Shown in pieces: positions 29,623-38,815 of a stretch of DNA of 64,000 bases (positions are counted from its first letter, which is position 1; each line of letters begins with the position of its first letter). The notes below the pieces were generated by a model. That model saw only the letters and a list, made by a program, of their open reading frames with translations, had not been told where the DNA came from and did no database searches. Position numbers and translations under genes: made by a program. Origin of the DNA: an uncultured Lishizhenia sp. (GTDB lineage: Bacteria; Bacteroidota; Bacteroidia; Flavobacteriales_D; Crocinitomicaceae); assembly GCA_964559685.1 (NCBI GenBank), contig CAZLHR010000004.1:15389-79388 (forward strand), in the 5' to 3' direction.

Positions 29623-30627
29623 TTATGTTAATTTTTCTGACAAATTATTTACTGCTTCTTGTGGATTAATCCCTTGATAAATCACTGCATTAACCATTTC
29701 TAGAATAGGCATTTCAACTTTAAACTTCTGATTGATTTCAACCAATGACTTGGTAGCATAATATCCTTCGGCGACCATTTTCATTTCTAATTGTGCATTC
29801 GCTACAGAATATCCTTTTCCGATCATGAATCCGAAGGTTCTATTTCTTGAGAAATTTGAATAGGCAGTTACCAATAAATCTCCCAAGTAAGCACTTGTTT
29901 TTGTATCTCTATGTATTGGACTTACCTCATCGATAAATCGCTCTATTTCTTGAATTGCATTTGCAATTAAAACGGATTGAAAATTATCGCCGTATCCAAG
30001 TCCGGAGCAAATTCCGGCTGCTAATGCATAGACATTCTTTAAAATCGCAGAAAGTTCAGTCCCGAATAAATCATCCGACTCAGTTGTTCTTATGTACCTA
30101 TTCGCCAACAAAGTAGCTACTGCATGTGATTTGGCATTGTCCAAGCAAGCAATTGTTAAGTAACTTAATCTCTCCATTGCAACTTCTTCAGCATGACAAG
30201 GTCCGCAAATGATTCCAATATTCTCGTATGGAACATTAAAGGATTTGTGTAAATAACGTGCAGGGATTGCATTGAATTCAGGTACAATGCCTTTTACAGC
30301 CGAAAACACAGTCTTACCCTGGAAATGCTCCTTTGACAACCCTTTAAATGTTGAATTCATGTACGCCGCTGGGACAACAATAATGATTATTTCGCAGGAT
30401 TGTATTGAATCCACTAAATCTGTTGAAAGGGTAATGTTCAATAGATCAAATTCTACAGACTGAAGATAGTTCGGGTGATGCTTGAATTTACGAATATGTT
30501 CAACCGCTTTTTCATTTCTCATCCACCAATGAACAGAAAATCCATTTGAGGCAATAATTTTAGTTAGTGCCGTTGCCCAACTTCCGCCGCCGATAATGGC
30601 TACTTTTCCAATATGAGGTGAATGCAT
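29623..30627 (-). CDS. gpsA: NAD(P)H-dependent glycerol-3-phosphate dehydrogenase
   Basis: Start taken at Met9 (MHSPHIGKVAIIGGGSWATALTK), because a -7 box lies inside the longer track ORF. GPCHAEEV is also present. Confidence 0.85.
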   Translation of the reverse strand: MHSPHIGKVAIIGGGSWATALTKIIASNGFSVHWWMRNEKAVEHIRKFKHHPNYLQSVEFDLLNITLSTDLVDSIQSCEIIIIVVPAAYMNSTFKGLSKEHFQGKTVFSAVKGIVPEFNAIPARYLHKSFNVPYENIGIICGPCHAEEVAMERLSYLTIACLDNAKSHAVATLLANRYIRTTESDDLFGTELSAILKNVYALAAGICSGLGYGDNFQSVLIANAIQEIERFIDEVSPIHRDTKTSAYLGDLLVTAYSNFSRNRTFGFMIGKGYSVANAQLEMKMVAEGYYATKSLVEINQKFKVEMPILEMVNAVIYQGINPQEAVNNLSEKLT

Positions 30628-30632
30628 GAAAA

Positions 30633-30640
30633 CAAAGATA
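30633..30640 (-). promoter_or_regulatory. -7 box TATCTTTG 5 nt upstream of the gpsA ATG (30627)
   Basis: Plus-strand caaagata is TATCTTTG on the minus strand. Confidence 0.4.
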
Positions 30641-30669
30641 CAATTTCTCAAATTATTGAATTAAATTGA

Positions 30670-31893
30670 ATGAAACCAAAAAATAAATTACACGTAAGTA
30701 GCTCTTTAAAATTCATGACATTCAAATCTCAAATACGTATTTTTTTTGCCAGTAAATGGGTGCGAATCCCTTACTACTTTTTATTATACACGTTTGCGAT
30801 TCTAGGAGCAGGTGTTTTTTCCGCTTGGGTCATGTTTCAAAGTGGAATAATGTCTTCTAATGATTTTGGTATGGTGGACCCGAACAATCGCTATTTCCAA
30901 GAAATGGACGACAAATATAATCAGGGATTTAAAACCGACAGTGTTAATGTTGTTCGACATCGTTACGAAGCCTTAAACAGAATTATGCTTCTGAATCGCT
31001 ATTATCCTCTGAACGCAAACTATATATTGAAGGCATGGACAGAAACCAAAGATGAAAAGTTAACCCTTAGAATGTTGGATGCTGTTGATCTTCGTTTGAA
31101 AGGAAATAGCCAGTATCAGTCTGATATAGCACAAATGCAAAATAATCTTTCACCTCGACAAAATACAAATTTAAGTGTTTTTGAATGGATGAATATTGCC
31201 GAATGGATTGCATTTAAGGAAGCTGTCAAAAAGGATAAATACTATATTGATTCTGCTGCGAAAGTGTCCGGAGTTGAGCCACGCTTGATTGTTGCATGTC
31301 TTGTTGGAGAGCAAATTCGTCTTTTCAATTCAAAGCGAGAATCCTACAAAAAATATATAGGACCTCTTAAAATTTTGGTGGTTGAAAATAATTTTTCCTA
31401 TGGTGTTACGGGAATCAAAGAGACTACTGCACAACGAATCGAACAAAATCTAAAAGATAAAAATTCAACCTATTATTTGGGTGCTGAGTATGAACACTTA
31501 TTAGACTATGATTCCACTCAAAACTTCGATGCAGCAGTAAATGAAGGGATGAGCCCAACGGTAAAACGACTCGTGCAAATGAAAAATCATTATTATTCTT
31601 ATTTGTACACAGCCCTTTTTGTAAAACAAATTAAAATGCAGTGGGAAAGGGCTGGTTTTCCAATCAATGATCGTCCAGAAATTTTTGCTTCTTTGTTCAA
31701 CCTTGGTTTTAATAAATCCAAACCTAAAGCAAATCCTGAAGTTGGAGGATCTAGTTTCGAGGTGGGTAATACACAATATACTTTTGGTGCCGTCGCCTTT
31801 GAATTTTACTACTCTGGCGAATTACAGGAAATATTTCCTTTCAAGCGGGCACGTTTTGATTACGAGAAAGTACCCGAGCCGAAATTATTTTAG
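30670..31893 (+). CDS. hypothetical membrane-anchored protein
   Basis: 407-aa ORF with one N-terminal TM helix (IPYYFLLYTFAILGAGVFSAWVMF) and a large, probably periplasmic domain. No motif recognised. An alternative start is Met16 at 30715. Confidence 0.5.
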   Translation: MKPKNKLHVSSSLKFMTFKSQIRIFFASKWVRIPYYFLLYTFAILGAGVFSAWVMFQSGIMSSNDFGMVDPNNRYFQEMDDKYNQGFKTDSVNVVRHRYEALNRIMLLNRYYPLNANYILKAWTETKDEKLTLRMLDAVDLRLKGNSQYQSDIAQMQNNLSPRQNTNLSVFEWMNIAEWIAFKEAVKKDKYYIDSAAKVSGVEPRLIVACLVGEQIRLFNSKRESYKKYIGPLKILVVENNFSYGVTGIKETTAQRIEQNLKDKNSTYYLGAEYEHLLDYDSTQNFDAAVNEGMSPTVKRLVQMKNHYYSYLYTALFVKQIKMQWERAGFPINDRPEIFASLFNLGFNKSKPKANPEVGGSSFEVGNTQYTFGAVAFEFYYSGELQEIFPFKRARFDYEKVPEPKLF

Positions 31894-32712
31894 TTTAATG
31901 GAGTTCTCCGTTAACGTTATAAATTGTTTTTTTAGCAATTTACCAACGGTTTGTTTAAATAGCTTTTTACTCATGCCGAGCACCGAAACAATTTCCTCTG
32001 GACTTGATTTATCGTGAAGAAAAATTTCTTTTTTCTCCTTTAGAAGATCCAATAGTATAACAAAAGCATTGTCATATTTTTCTAATCCCAATGCATCTAT
32101 TTGCAGATCTAATTTTCCGTCCTCTCTTACTTTCCTTACATAACATGTAATCTCGTCGCCAATTTGAAGATTTTTATTGACATCATTTTTGAAGATCAGA
32201 CCTTCGTAACGTTGATTTACCACAACCTTTACACCCAATTCGGTGCGTTGCCAGATCAATCCATTAACAATTTGTTCTTCTAAAGATTCTCGGCAGGGTT
32301 CAAGAACTTTACCAATCTTGCTGCTACCAAATAGGCGATCTGTTTGATTATCGTAACGCAAGGTTACCAAATAAGATTGACCTTCCTCCATTTTTTGCGC
32401 TTGTTCTTTAAATGGAACAAATAGATTTTTGTCTAGTCCCCAATCGACAAAAGCACCGTACATGTTTACCGTATCCACTTTTAGGTAGGCGATAGTCCCC
32501 AAAAGTAAAAAGGGTTTCTCTGTTGTTGCTACGATTCTATTTTGAGAATCTTTGAATACAAAAACATCAACAGTGGCTCCAACTTGGAAATCACTTTCGG
32601 GAACTAAATACTTTTTTGGTAACAGCACTTCGTCACCTTTAAAATCCTCTAAATACGCTCCGGGTGGTGTTATTCTATTAACAGTAAGTTTATTGATTCT
32701 ACCTAACTGCAT
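31885..32712 (-). CDS. cvfB: S1-like RNA-binding protein, CvfB/YitL family
   Basis: 275 aa with repeated S1-like OB segments (GAYLE..., GAFVDWGLDKNLFVP) and a C-terminal winged-helix-like tail. Confidence 0.7.
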   Translation of the reverse strand: MQLGRINKLTVNRITPPGAYLEDFKGDEVLLPKKYLVPESDFQVGATVDVFVFKDSQNRIVATTEKPFLLLGTIAYLKVDTVNMYGAFVDWGLDKNLFVPFKEQAQKMEEGQSYLVTLRYDNQTDRLFGSSKIGKVLEPCRESLEEQIVNGLIWQRTELGVKVVVNQRYEGLIFKNDVNKNLQIGDEITCYVRKVREDGKLDLQIDALGLEKYDNAFVILLDLLKEKKEIFLHDKSSPEEIVSVLGMSKKLFKQTVGKLLKKQFITLTENSIKLK

Positions 32713-33770
32713 TATTGTCCATTGATTTCATTGAATTTCCGTGGTTTCCTTTTTGTTTTATATTTACCGGTGGTGACTTTCAGACTGTTTTTGGATTCCC
32801 GCTTACTGGTTTTTACCTTTTTTGGAACCATATTCATCTCATTTTTGGCAGATTCTAATTCTGATTCAGGAGTTCTTGCTACGTGATTAACTGTCTCGCC
32901 TGGTCTATCTTCATCTGGATTTTTCCATTGACGCATTTCTTTTTTTGCATCTCCTTGATTAACAGCAATTACATCTTCACGTAAATACCACATTCCATCT
33001 TCTAAATAAAATGCATCATATGACATGTCAGGAACATAATAGGATTTAACACCCGCCAAACTTTGTGCTTCAGGAGAAAGGTGATCCATTACTATTCGAT
33101 TGTACTTCTTATCAAAGGTCAAGGTCATTTTCGCTTGCTCGGAAAACTCGTAAATCATTCTTTTATGAACCGTGTTTTTTTCTTTGAATACAGGACTTCC
33201 GAACTTGACTCCATTTGAGGACACTGTCATCACATCTATGACTTTAAAATTATTTCCCGGAGTTCCTCCATCCCAACCAAGAAGAACATATTCCATTTTG
33301 CCATTTCTCTCAAATGGAATCATTTGATAATACAAGGCGCCGTACCAATTTTTTGCATCAATTATGCCGGTTGGTCGCTCGGAATAAGGATCGAGAATGT
33401 CATTTAGCTCGAATAACTTAACTTTTTCTTTCCTGTCATCAAAATGCATAACTACCCCATCAAAGGCATAGGTAAAATCAGTGTATTCAATATTCCAAGT
33501 GATCAATCGTACAAGGCCATCAGGGCTATCTAATACTGAGATAGTTTTGCACGAATTAAATTTGTGAGTGAGTGCTCCCTCATTTTTAAGAAAGTCTAAC
33601 ATTTTCACTTTGAATTTAGCATTTAGTTCAGTCATTTCCTCGTCTGTTGTCGCTCCCCTGAGAAGAAGCAACGATTTATTGAGTTCATTTTCTTTCTCAC
33701 TCAAATCTTGTGAAAAGAAATTAGAGGAAAGTAAAAATAAAAAAGTGAAGTAAATTAGTTTCATGAACAT
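32712..33770 (-). CDS. hypothetical secreted protein with a Lys-rich C-terminal tail
   Basis: Signal peptide (MKLIYFTFLFLLSSNFFSQ) and a basic tail (KKVKTSKRESKNSLKVTTGKYKTKRKPRK). Its stop overlaps the cvfB start by 1 nt. Confidence 0.5.
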   Translation of the reverse strand: MFMKLIYFTFLFLLSSNFFSQDLSEKENELNKSLLLLRGATTDEEMTELNAKFKVKMLDFLKNEGALTHKFNSCKTISVLDSPDGLVRLITWNIEYTDFTYAFDGVVMHFDDRKEKVKLFELNDILDPYSERPTGIIDAKNWYGALYYQMIPFERNGKMEYVLLGWDGGTPGNNFKVIDVMTVSSNGVKFGSPVFKEKNTVHKRMIYEFSEQAKMTLTFDKKYNRIVMDHLSPEAQSLAGVKSYYVPDMSYDAFYLEDGMWYLREDVIAVNQGDAKKEMRQWKNPDEDRPGETVNHVARTPESELESAKNEMNMVPKKVKTSKRESKNSLKVTTGKYKTKRKPRKFNEINGQ

Positions 33771-33797
33771 ACAAACGCACTCTGAAATAAAAAGTTA

Positions 33798-34445
33798 CTA
33801 CAATTCACTTAATGATTTTATGGTAGCCAATGGTGAGTTAGAACCAAAGACAAAACTGCCTGCAACAAGAGCATCCGCTCCTGCTTGAATAAGAATTTTT
33901 CCTGTCTCTAAATTTACACCACCGTCTACTTCAATTAAGGCACTTGAATTTTTTAGTTTAATTAATTCTTTGGTTTTTGCTACTTTATCTGTTGCGGAAA
34001 CGATAAATTGCTGACCACCAAAACCTGGGTTAACAGACATAACTAATACCAAATCTAGTTCTGAAATTATTTCTTCCAATACACTGATTGGGGTATGAGG
34101 ATTTAATGCAACTCCTGCTTTCATTCCCAAGCGTTTAATTTCTGAAACTGTTCTATGCAAATGAGTACATGCCTCATAATGAACCGTTAAAATATTCGCG
34201 CCCGCAGCACAAAAATCAGCTAAGTAACTATCGGGATTTGCTATCATGAGGTGTACATCTAGTACTTTCGATGTGTGTTTTCGAATTGCTGTAAGAACTG
34301 GAAATCCAAATGAGATATTCGGTACAAAAACCCCATCCATTACATCAATGTGAATCCATTCTGCATTCGAGGAATCAAGCATCTGAACATCTCTCTGAAT
34401 ATTACCAAAATCGCAGGAAAGTACGGAAGGAGAAATAATAGCCAT
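33798..34445 (-). CDS. rpe: ribulose-phosphate 3-epimerase
   Basis: PSVLSCDF, HIDVMDG, HLM, MSVNPGFGGQ and VDGG motifs. Confidence 0.9.
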   Translation of the reverse strand: MAIISPSVLSCDFGNIQRDVQMLDSSNAEWIHIDVMDGVFVPNISFGFPVLTAIRKHTSKVLDVHLMIANPDSYLADFCAAGANILTVHYEACTHLHRTVSEIKRLGMKAGVALNPHTPISVLEEIISELDLVLVMSVNPGFGGQQFIVSATDKVAKTKELIKLKNSSALIEVDGGVNLETGKILIQAGADALVAGSFVFGSNSPLATIKSLSEL

Positions 34446-34467
34446 AACGCAAATTTAAGTAAACTTT

Positions 34468-36063
34468 TTATCCTCCAATTAATAACTTTACATATTCTTC
34501 CTCTCTTTTATAAAGGTCAAGGTGAAAGTACAAAAACTCCTTAGTTGCACTTACCGTAATATATTCCACGAAAATTGGTATTGACTTTTTCAGTGGAATA
34601 CTGAAGTTAATTTCTCTATGTAAGATACTATCTATGGAGTCTCTAATGTAAATATTTCTATTTTTAGGACGAATCGAATCATAATCCAAAATTGTTTTCG
34701 CTAATTCTACCGGATTTTCACATCGCATACAACCATGAGAAAAGCTCCTATACCCTCGCTTAAATAGTGACTTAGACGGTGTATCATGCACGTAGACATT
34801 GTAGGAATTGTAAAATTCAAGTTTAATGATTCCTAGGCTGTTATGTGGACCAGGGTCTTGAATAACTGTGTATGGGAAATTCTTGCTGTATTTTTTCCAG
34901 GAGACACTACTCGGATTTATTTCGGTTTTTCCTCTGTAAATTCGGTAATGATTTTTCGAAAGGTAATTTGAATTTGCTTTAACCGCAGGCAATATTTCTT
35001 TATCTGCTATGGATTGTGGGACCTTCCAGAAAGGATAACAAACAATTCTATTTATCGTGGCCTGTAATTCCGGTGTTTGGTTAGATGTTTTTCCAATAAT
35101 TATTCGATTTCGACTTCTCAATGTATCGTCAGCAACGAAAAACAATTCAAAGGAAGGTAAATTAACACGGATAAACTTCTTTTCGTTTGAAGTTCGCTGC
35201 CTCATCTTATCTAGTGCAATGGATGCGCGAACCACCTTAGTATACGAACTTTCGTTTAATGCCTGCAAGGTGGCATCATCGATATTGCTATCTTCATTGA
35301 AGCCACTGTATAATTTAAATTTCTTTATTGCTTTTTTATATTCGAGATCTGTTGCTTTGATGTTAAGAAATCCTTTAGCCACAAGACATGCCTTTATGTT
35401 TTTTTCAAAATTCAGAGTGTCTTCTTTTTTAGATTTTAATGTAAACGTATGGGTGTCTAAGGGATAGTTTTGACAATAATCATAAAGATGTTGCGCTAAA
35501 TATAGATAGTTGGTGTCAATTGAGCCTTGTTTTATAATAAGTTTTGATAAAGGAATAGTATCTAATTGTTTTAATTGACTATTGAATTCCTTACCATCTA
35601 AAGGAATTATTTCCCTTAATTTCTTTTGCTCGAAATCAATTAATCCATTCTTCAAAACTCCCACCATGCTTAACAGATTAGATGTCATGATGATTTCTTT
35701 TTCAATCCAATGATTGTCTTTTTTCAAGGCAATCAATCTATTTTTTGGTACTCCAAATTGTAAAGGTTCCGCTAGACATTTTTCGACCGTCAATCCAAAA
35801 TTGGTCAAAGAATCCTTGACATAATACTTAAACTTGAAAGCGTTTTCTTTGTAAAAACTAATAACCGCTTCTTGCTGTTTATTATTCATTCCCATGGAAT
35901 TTAAAAAACTGGGATCTAGCGCTCTTGAAAACTTTTCTTTATCGGTAATTGAGGGGTCATTTAGAAAGGACTTGTCAACATGCTCGAATTCAACTTCCTT
36001 TTCCTCACTATTGCAACCACTAAAAAGCAGTAGCGTTAACAGTAAAAATAAAAATCTAGTCAC
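34468..36063 (-). CDS. L,D-transpeptidase family protein (YcbB-like)
   Basis: Lipoprotein-like signal (LLLFSGC) and a C-terminal YkuD catalytic signature (VHDTP...RSFSHGCMRCENP). Confidence 0.75.
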   Translation of the reverse strand: MTRFLFLLLTLLLFSGCNSEEKEVEFEHVDKSFLNDPSITDKEKFSRALDPSFLNSMGMNNKQQEAVISFYKENAFKFKYYVKDSLTNFGLTVEKCLAEPLQFGVPKNRLIALKKDNHWIEKEIIMTSNLLSMVGVLKNGLIDFEQKKLREIIPLDGKEFNSQLKQLDTIPLSKLIIKQGSIDTNYLYLAQHLYDYCQNYPLDTHTFTLKSKKEDTLNFEKNIKACLVAKGFLNIKATDLEYKKAIKKFKLYSGFNEDSNIDDATLQALNESSYTKVVRASIALDKMRQRTSNEKKFIRVNLPSFELFFVADDTLRSRNRIIIGKTSNQTPELQATINRIVCYPFWKVPQSIADKEILPAVKANSNYLSKNHYRIYRGKTEINPSSVSWKKYSKNFPYTVIQDPGPHNSLGIIKLEFYNSYNVYVHDTPSKSLFKRGYRSFSHGCMRCENPVELAKTILDYDSIRPKNRNIYIRDSIDSILHREINFSIPLKKSIPIFVEYITVSATKEFLYFHLDLYKREEEYVKLLIGG

Positions 36064-36095
36064 CTCTCTTAATTATTTGGTTAATTTAGTAAAAT

Positions 36096-36728
36096 ATGTT
36101 CATCGCCTCCAAAGGATTGAGTATTATTTTACTTCTTATGCTATTAACTGGCGTAATTTCTGTTTTTTGTTTTAGTAATGAAACATGGAAAACTAAATTG
36201 ACTTTCTTCCCATACCGAATGAAAAGGAAGAATGAAATTTACAGGATTTTGAGTCATATATTTATACATGCTGATTTTCAACATCTTGCATTCAATATGC
36301 TTTCCGTATTTTTTTTAGGGTCATTTCTTGAATACCAGTGGCGTTATCAATTTGGACCTGAGGATGGGGCGCTACACATCGCTATTTTGTATCTTTTTGG
36401 AGGGATCTTTGCAACGGGCTATTTGTATTATAAACATCAGGACAATGTATTTTACCAAAGTCTTGGAGCGTCTGGGGCTGTTTCGGCAGTTATTTTTGCA
36501 GCCATATTTTGGCATCCTACCATGAAACTTGGTTTGTTTTTTATTCCCGTGCCTATTCCAGCATTTGTTTTTGGCCCTCTATATCTATTTATTGAATATT
36601 TAGCGATGAAACGAGGAAACACAGGAATTGCACACGAAGCCCACATAGGAGGTGCTTTTTTCGGAATTCTTTATGTAACTTTGTTAGAGCCGAATAAATT
36701 ATTAACTTTTTTTGAACTGATTTTTTAA
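36096..36728 (+). CDS. rhomboid-family intramembrane serine protease
   Basis: HIFIHADFQHLAFNM, GASGAVSAVIF (catalytic Ser) and HIGGAFFG (catalytic His). About 6 TM helices. Confidence 0.75.
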   Translation: MFIASKGLSIILLLMLLTGVISVFCFSNETWKTKLTFFPYRMKRKNEIYRILSHIFIHADFQHLAFNMLSVFFLGSFLEYQWRYQFGPEDGALHIAILYLFGGIFATGYLYYKHQDNVFYQSLGASGAVSAVIFAAIFWHPTMKLGLFFIPVPIPAFVFGPLYLFIEYLAMKRGNTGIAHEAHIGGAFFGILYVTLLEPNKLLTFFELIF

Positions 36729-37588
36729 TGGCTGTATTATACGTCAACAATAATGGAACAATATTACCTGCTGATGCCCCAACCATTCATCCGGGAAACA
36801 GAGGGCATTTATATGGAGATGGTGTATTTGAGAGTATTCGCGTAATTGCTGGAAAACCACTTAATATGGACAACCATATTAAACGCTTATTGGAAGGAGC
36901 TAAAGCAATAAAAATGCGTACTCCAAGTTTTTTTAACGCTAATTTCTTTGAAGAGAAAATTAAAGAATTACTCTACCGATCAACTATCAAAGAAGGTGGT
37001 CGTTGTCGTCTTTCTCTTGACAGAGTCACTGGTGGAGCATATCTACCTGATTCTAATGAATGTACCTATTACATTGAAGTTTATCCTTATGATGTAAATC
37101 ATTTTGAATTAAATGCTAAAGGACTTGAAATTGATATTTATCAGGACATTAAACTTCAGAAAAACTTTCTATCAAATTACAAAACAAAGGCAGGATTAAC
37201 ATATGTAATGGCCGCAATATCTGCACAAGAAAAAGGGCTTGACGATTTGTTTTTATCTAATGATAGGGGAAATATTTTGGAAACTTCTTCTTGTAATGTT
37301 TTTGTTGTGAGTAATGGTGTTTTATACACTCCCGGATTAGACGAAGGCTGTTTGGCAGGTACCATGCGCATGCAAATAATTAATTTAGCATTAGCAAACG
37401 GTATTAAAGTTTACGAATGTGCTATATTACCTCAAAATCTTTTAGCCGCTGATGAAATTTTTGTTACAAATGCTATTCGCGGAATAAATTGGATTGGTGG
37501 ATATAGAACAAAACGATTCTACAACAATATGTCCAGAAAACTTGTGGTTCTTCTAAATGAGTATTGGGAAAAACAATTGGATTTATAA
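36728..37588 (+). CDS. class IV aminotransferase (branched-chain amino acid aminotransferase / ADC-lyase family)
   Basis: 286 aa with GDGVFESIRV, YKTKAGLTYV and a fold-type IV pattern. The ATG overlaps the rhomboid stop. Confidence 0.7.
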   Translation: MAVLYVNNNGTILPADAPTIHPGNRGHLYGDGVFESIRVIAGKPLNMDNHIKRLLEGAKAIKMRTPSFFNANFFEEKIKELLYRSTIKEGGRCRLSLDRVTGGAYLPDSNECTYYIEVYPYDVNHFELNAKGLEIDIYQDIKLQKNFLSNYKTKAGLTYVMAAISAQEKGLDDLFLSNDRGNILETSSCNVFVVSNGVLYTPGLDEGCLAGTMRMQIINLALANGIKVYECAILPQNLLAADEIFVTNAIRGINWIGGYRTKRFYNNMSRKLVVLLNEYWEKQLDL

Positions 37589-37731
37589 TGCAACTGATCC
37601 TTGTAATAATTTTTGTTTTTACAGCTATTTCTTATCTAGCGTATTTATTTCACTCAAAATTCATCAAAAAACAACCTCCTTGCGAGGGTTGTGCTTTTGG
37701 TAAATCTGCACATCCAGAATCCCATGAGTAA
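37588..37731 (+). CDS. small Cys-rich single-pass membrane protein (resembles FeoB-associated Cys-rich / p12-like peptides); not in the ORF track
   Basis: Manual translation gives MQLILVIIFVFTAISYLAYLFHSKFIKKQPPCEGCAFGKSAHPESHE (47 aa). Its ATG shares one nt with the upstream TAA (TAATG), and its 3' end overlaps the corA ATG (37724) by 8 nt. Confidence 0.5.
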   Translation: MQLILVIIFVFTAISYLAYLFHSKFIKKQPPCEGCAFGKSAHPESHE

Positions 37732-38731
37732 TTGCCAATTGTATCAATATAATACTTCATTTTTTGCTATTCAAAAAGAATCTAGTCGTTATTTTTCAGA
37801 TAATTTTTTGGAAGGTGATATAGATACTGACCATGTGTATTGGCTTAATTATCATGGATTAGAAGATAAGGATACCATTGAACAATTAGCGACGAAACTA
37901 GGTATTGATAAGTTGGTTATTGAAGCACTTTATGCACCCTCGAGACGTCCAAAAGTTGAAGAATATCCAAATTTCCTTTTTTTTTCGGTAAAATCGCTTT
38001 TACCAAGTGACCAAAACGAGAACAACTTAATTGAAGACAAAATCAGTTTTATTTTAAGTGAAAATTATCTTATCTCTTATCAAGATAAATCCTCAGACCA
38101 CTTCATTGATGTAAGGGATAGGATTGAAAAAGCTAGAGGTAAAATTAGATCAAAAGGACCGGATTTCTTACTTTACAGGATGCTCGAAGCCATTATTGAT
38201 AATTACTTTGAGTTATTATCAGATACAACAAAGAATATAGAATCTATAGATGTCCAAATCTTAAAATATCAGAGTAAACAATTATTTAGAGAGTTGGAAA
38301 ACGAGAAACGTAAGCTTATTTCCCTTCGAAAAATAGTACTTCCCTTGCGTGAAATAAGTAACGAACTCCTATCTTTTGATAGTAAATTCATCGAAAAAGA
38401 TAATAAAAGATACTTTTTAAACCTACAAAAATCTTGCGCTAGTATCCTAGAGGAAATTGACGCTAACAAACAAATTATTGAAGGTATTTCAAATTTGTAT
38501 TATGCCGCTCAGGGGCAAAGAATGAATGAGATTATGAAATTTCTAACAGTTGTTTCGTCTATTTTCATTCCTCTTACGTTCATTGTAGGGGTCTATGGGA
38601 TGAATTTTAAGTACATGCCCGAATTAGATTACCCTTATGGTTATTATACAGTGGTTGGACTTATGATTCTCCTATCCTTCATTCTTCTCATATATTTCAT
38701 TCGAAAAGGATGGTTAAAGAGAGAAGAATAG
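37724..38731 (+). CDS. corA: magnesium/cobalt transporter CorA
   Basis: Start taken at Met12. Two C-terminal TM helices carry the YGMNF signature (GVYGMNFKYMPEL). Confidence 0.85.
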   Translation: MSNCQLYQYNTSFFAIQKESSRYFSDNFLEGDIDTDHVYWLNYHGLEDKDTIEQLATKLGIDKLVIEALYAPSRRPKVEEYPNFLFFSVKSLLPSDQNENNLIEDKISFILSENYLISYQDKSSDHFIDVRDRIEKARGKIRSKGPDFLLYRMLEAIIDNYFELLSDTTKNIESIDVQILKYQSKQLFRELENEKRKLISLRKIVLPLREISNELLSFDSKFIEKDNKRYFLNLQKSCASILEEIDANKQIIEGISNLYYAAQGQRMNEIMKFLTVVSSIFIPLTFIVGVYGMNFKYMPELDYPYGYYTVVGLMILLSFILLIYFIRKGWLKREE

Positions 38732-38779
38732 TGCTTGTTAACGAAGTGTTAAAAAAAACGAAGGATGGAAATAAGGTAT

Positions 38780-38787
38780 TATCTTTG
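38780..38787 (+). promoter_or_regulatory. -7 box TATCTTTG upstream of the DUF1573 pair
   Basis: Exact TAnnTTTG match 28 nt upstream of the ATG at 38816. Confidence 0.35.
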
Positions 38788-38815
38788 ATTCGTAACATTT
38801 GAAAAAATTAATATC

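Noticed and set aside
35057-35467. 136-aa plus-strand ORF antisense to the L,D-transpeptidase gene. Similar antisense ORFs occur at 7937-8427 in hppD, 22389-22616 and 24191-24480 in dnaE, 54792-55358 in ftsI and 59312-59542 in rplU.
   Set aside because: All lie entirely inside well-supported genes on the opposite strand. They have no motifs or promoter boxes, and their composition is typical of antisense frames in AT-rich DNA.
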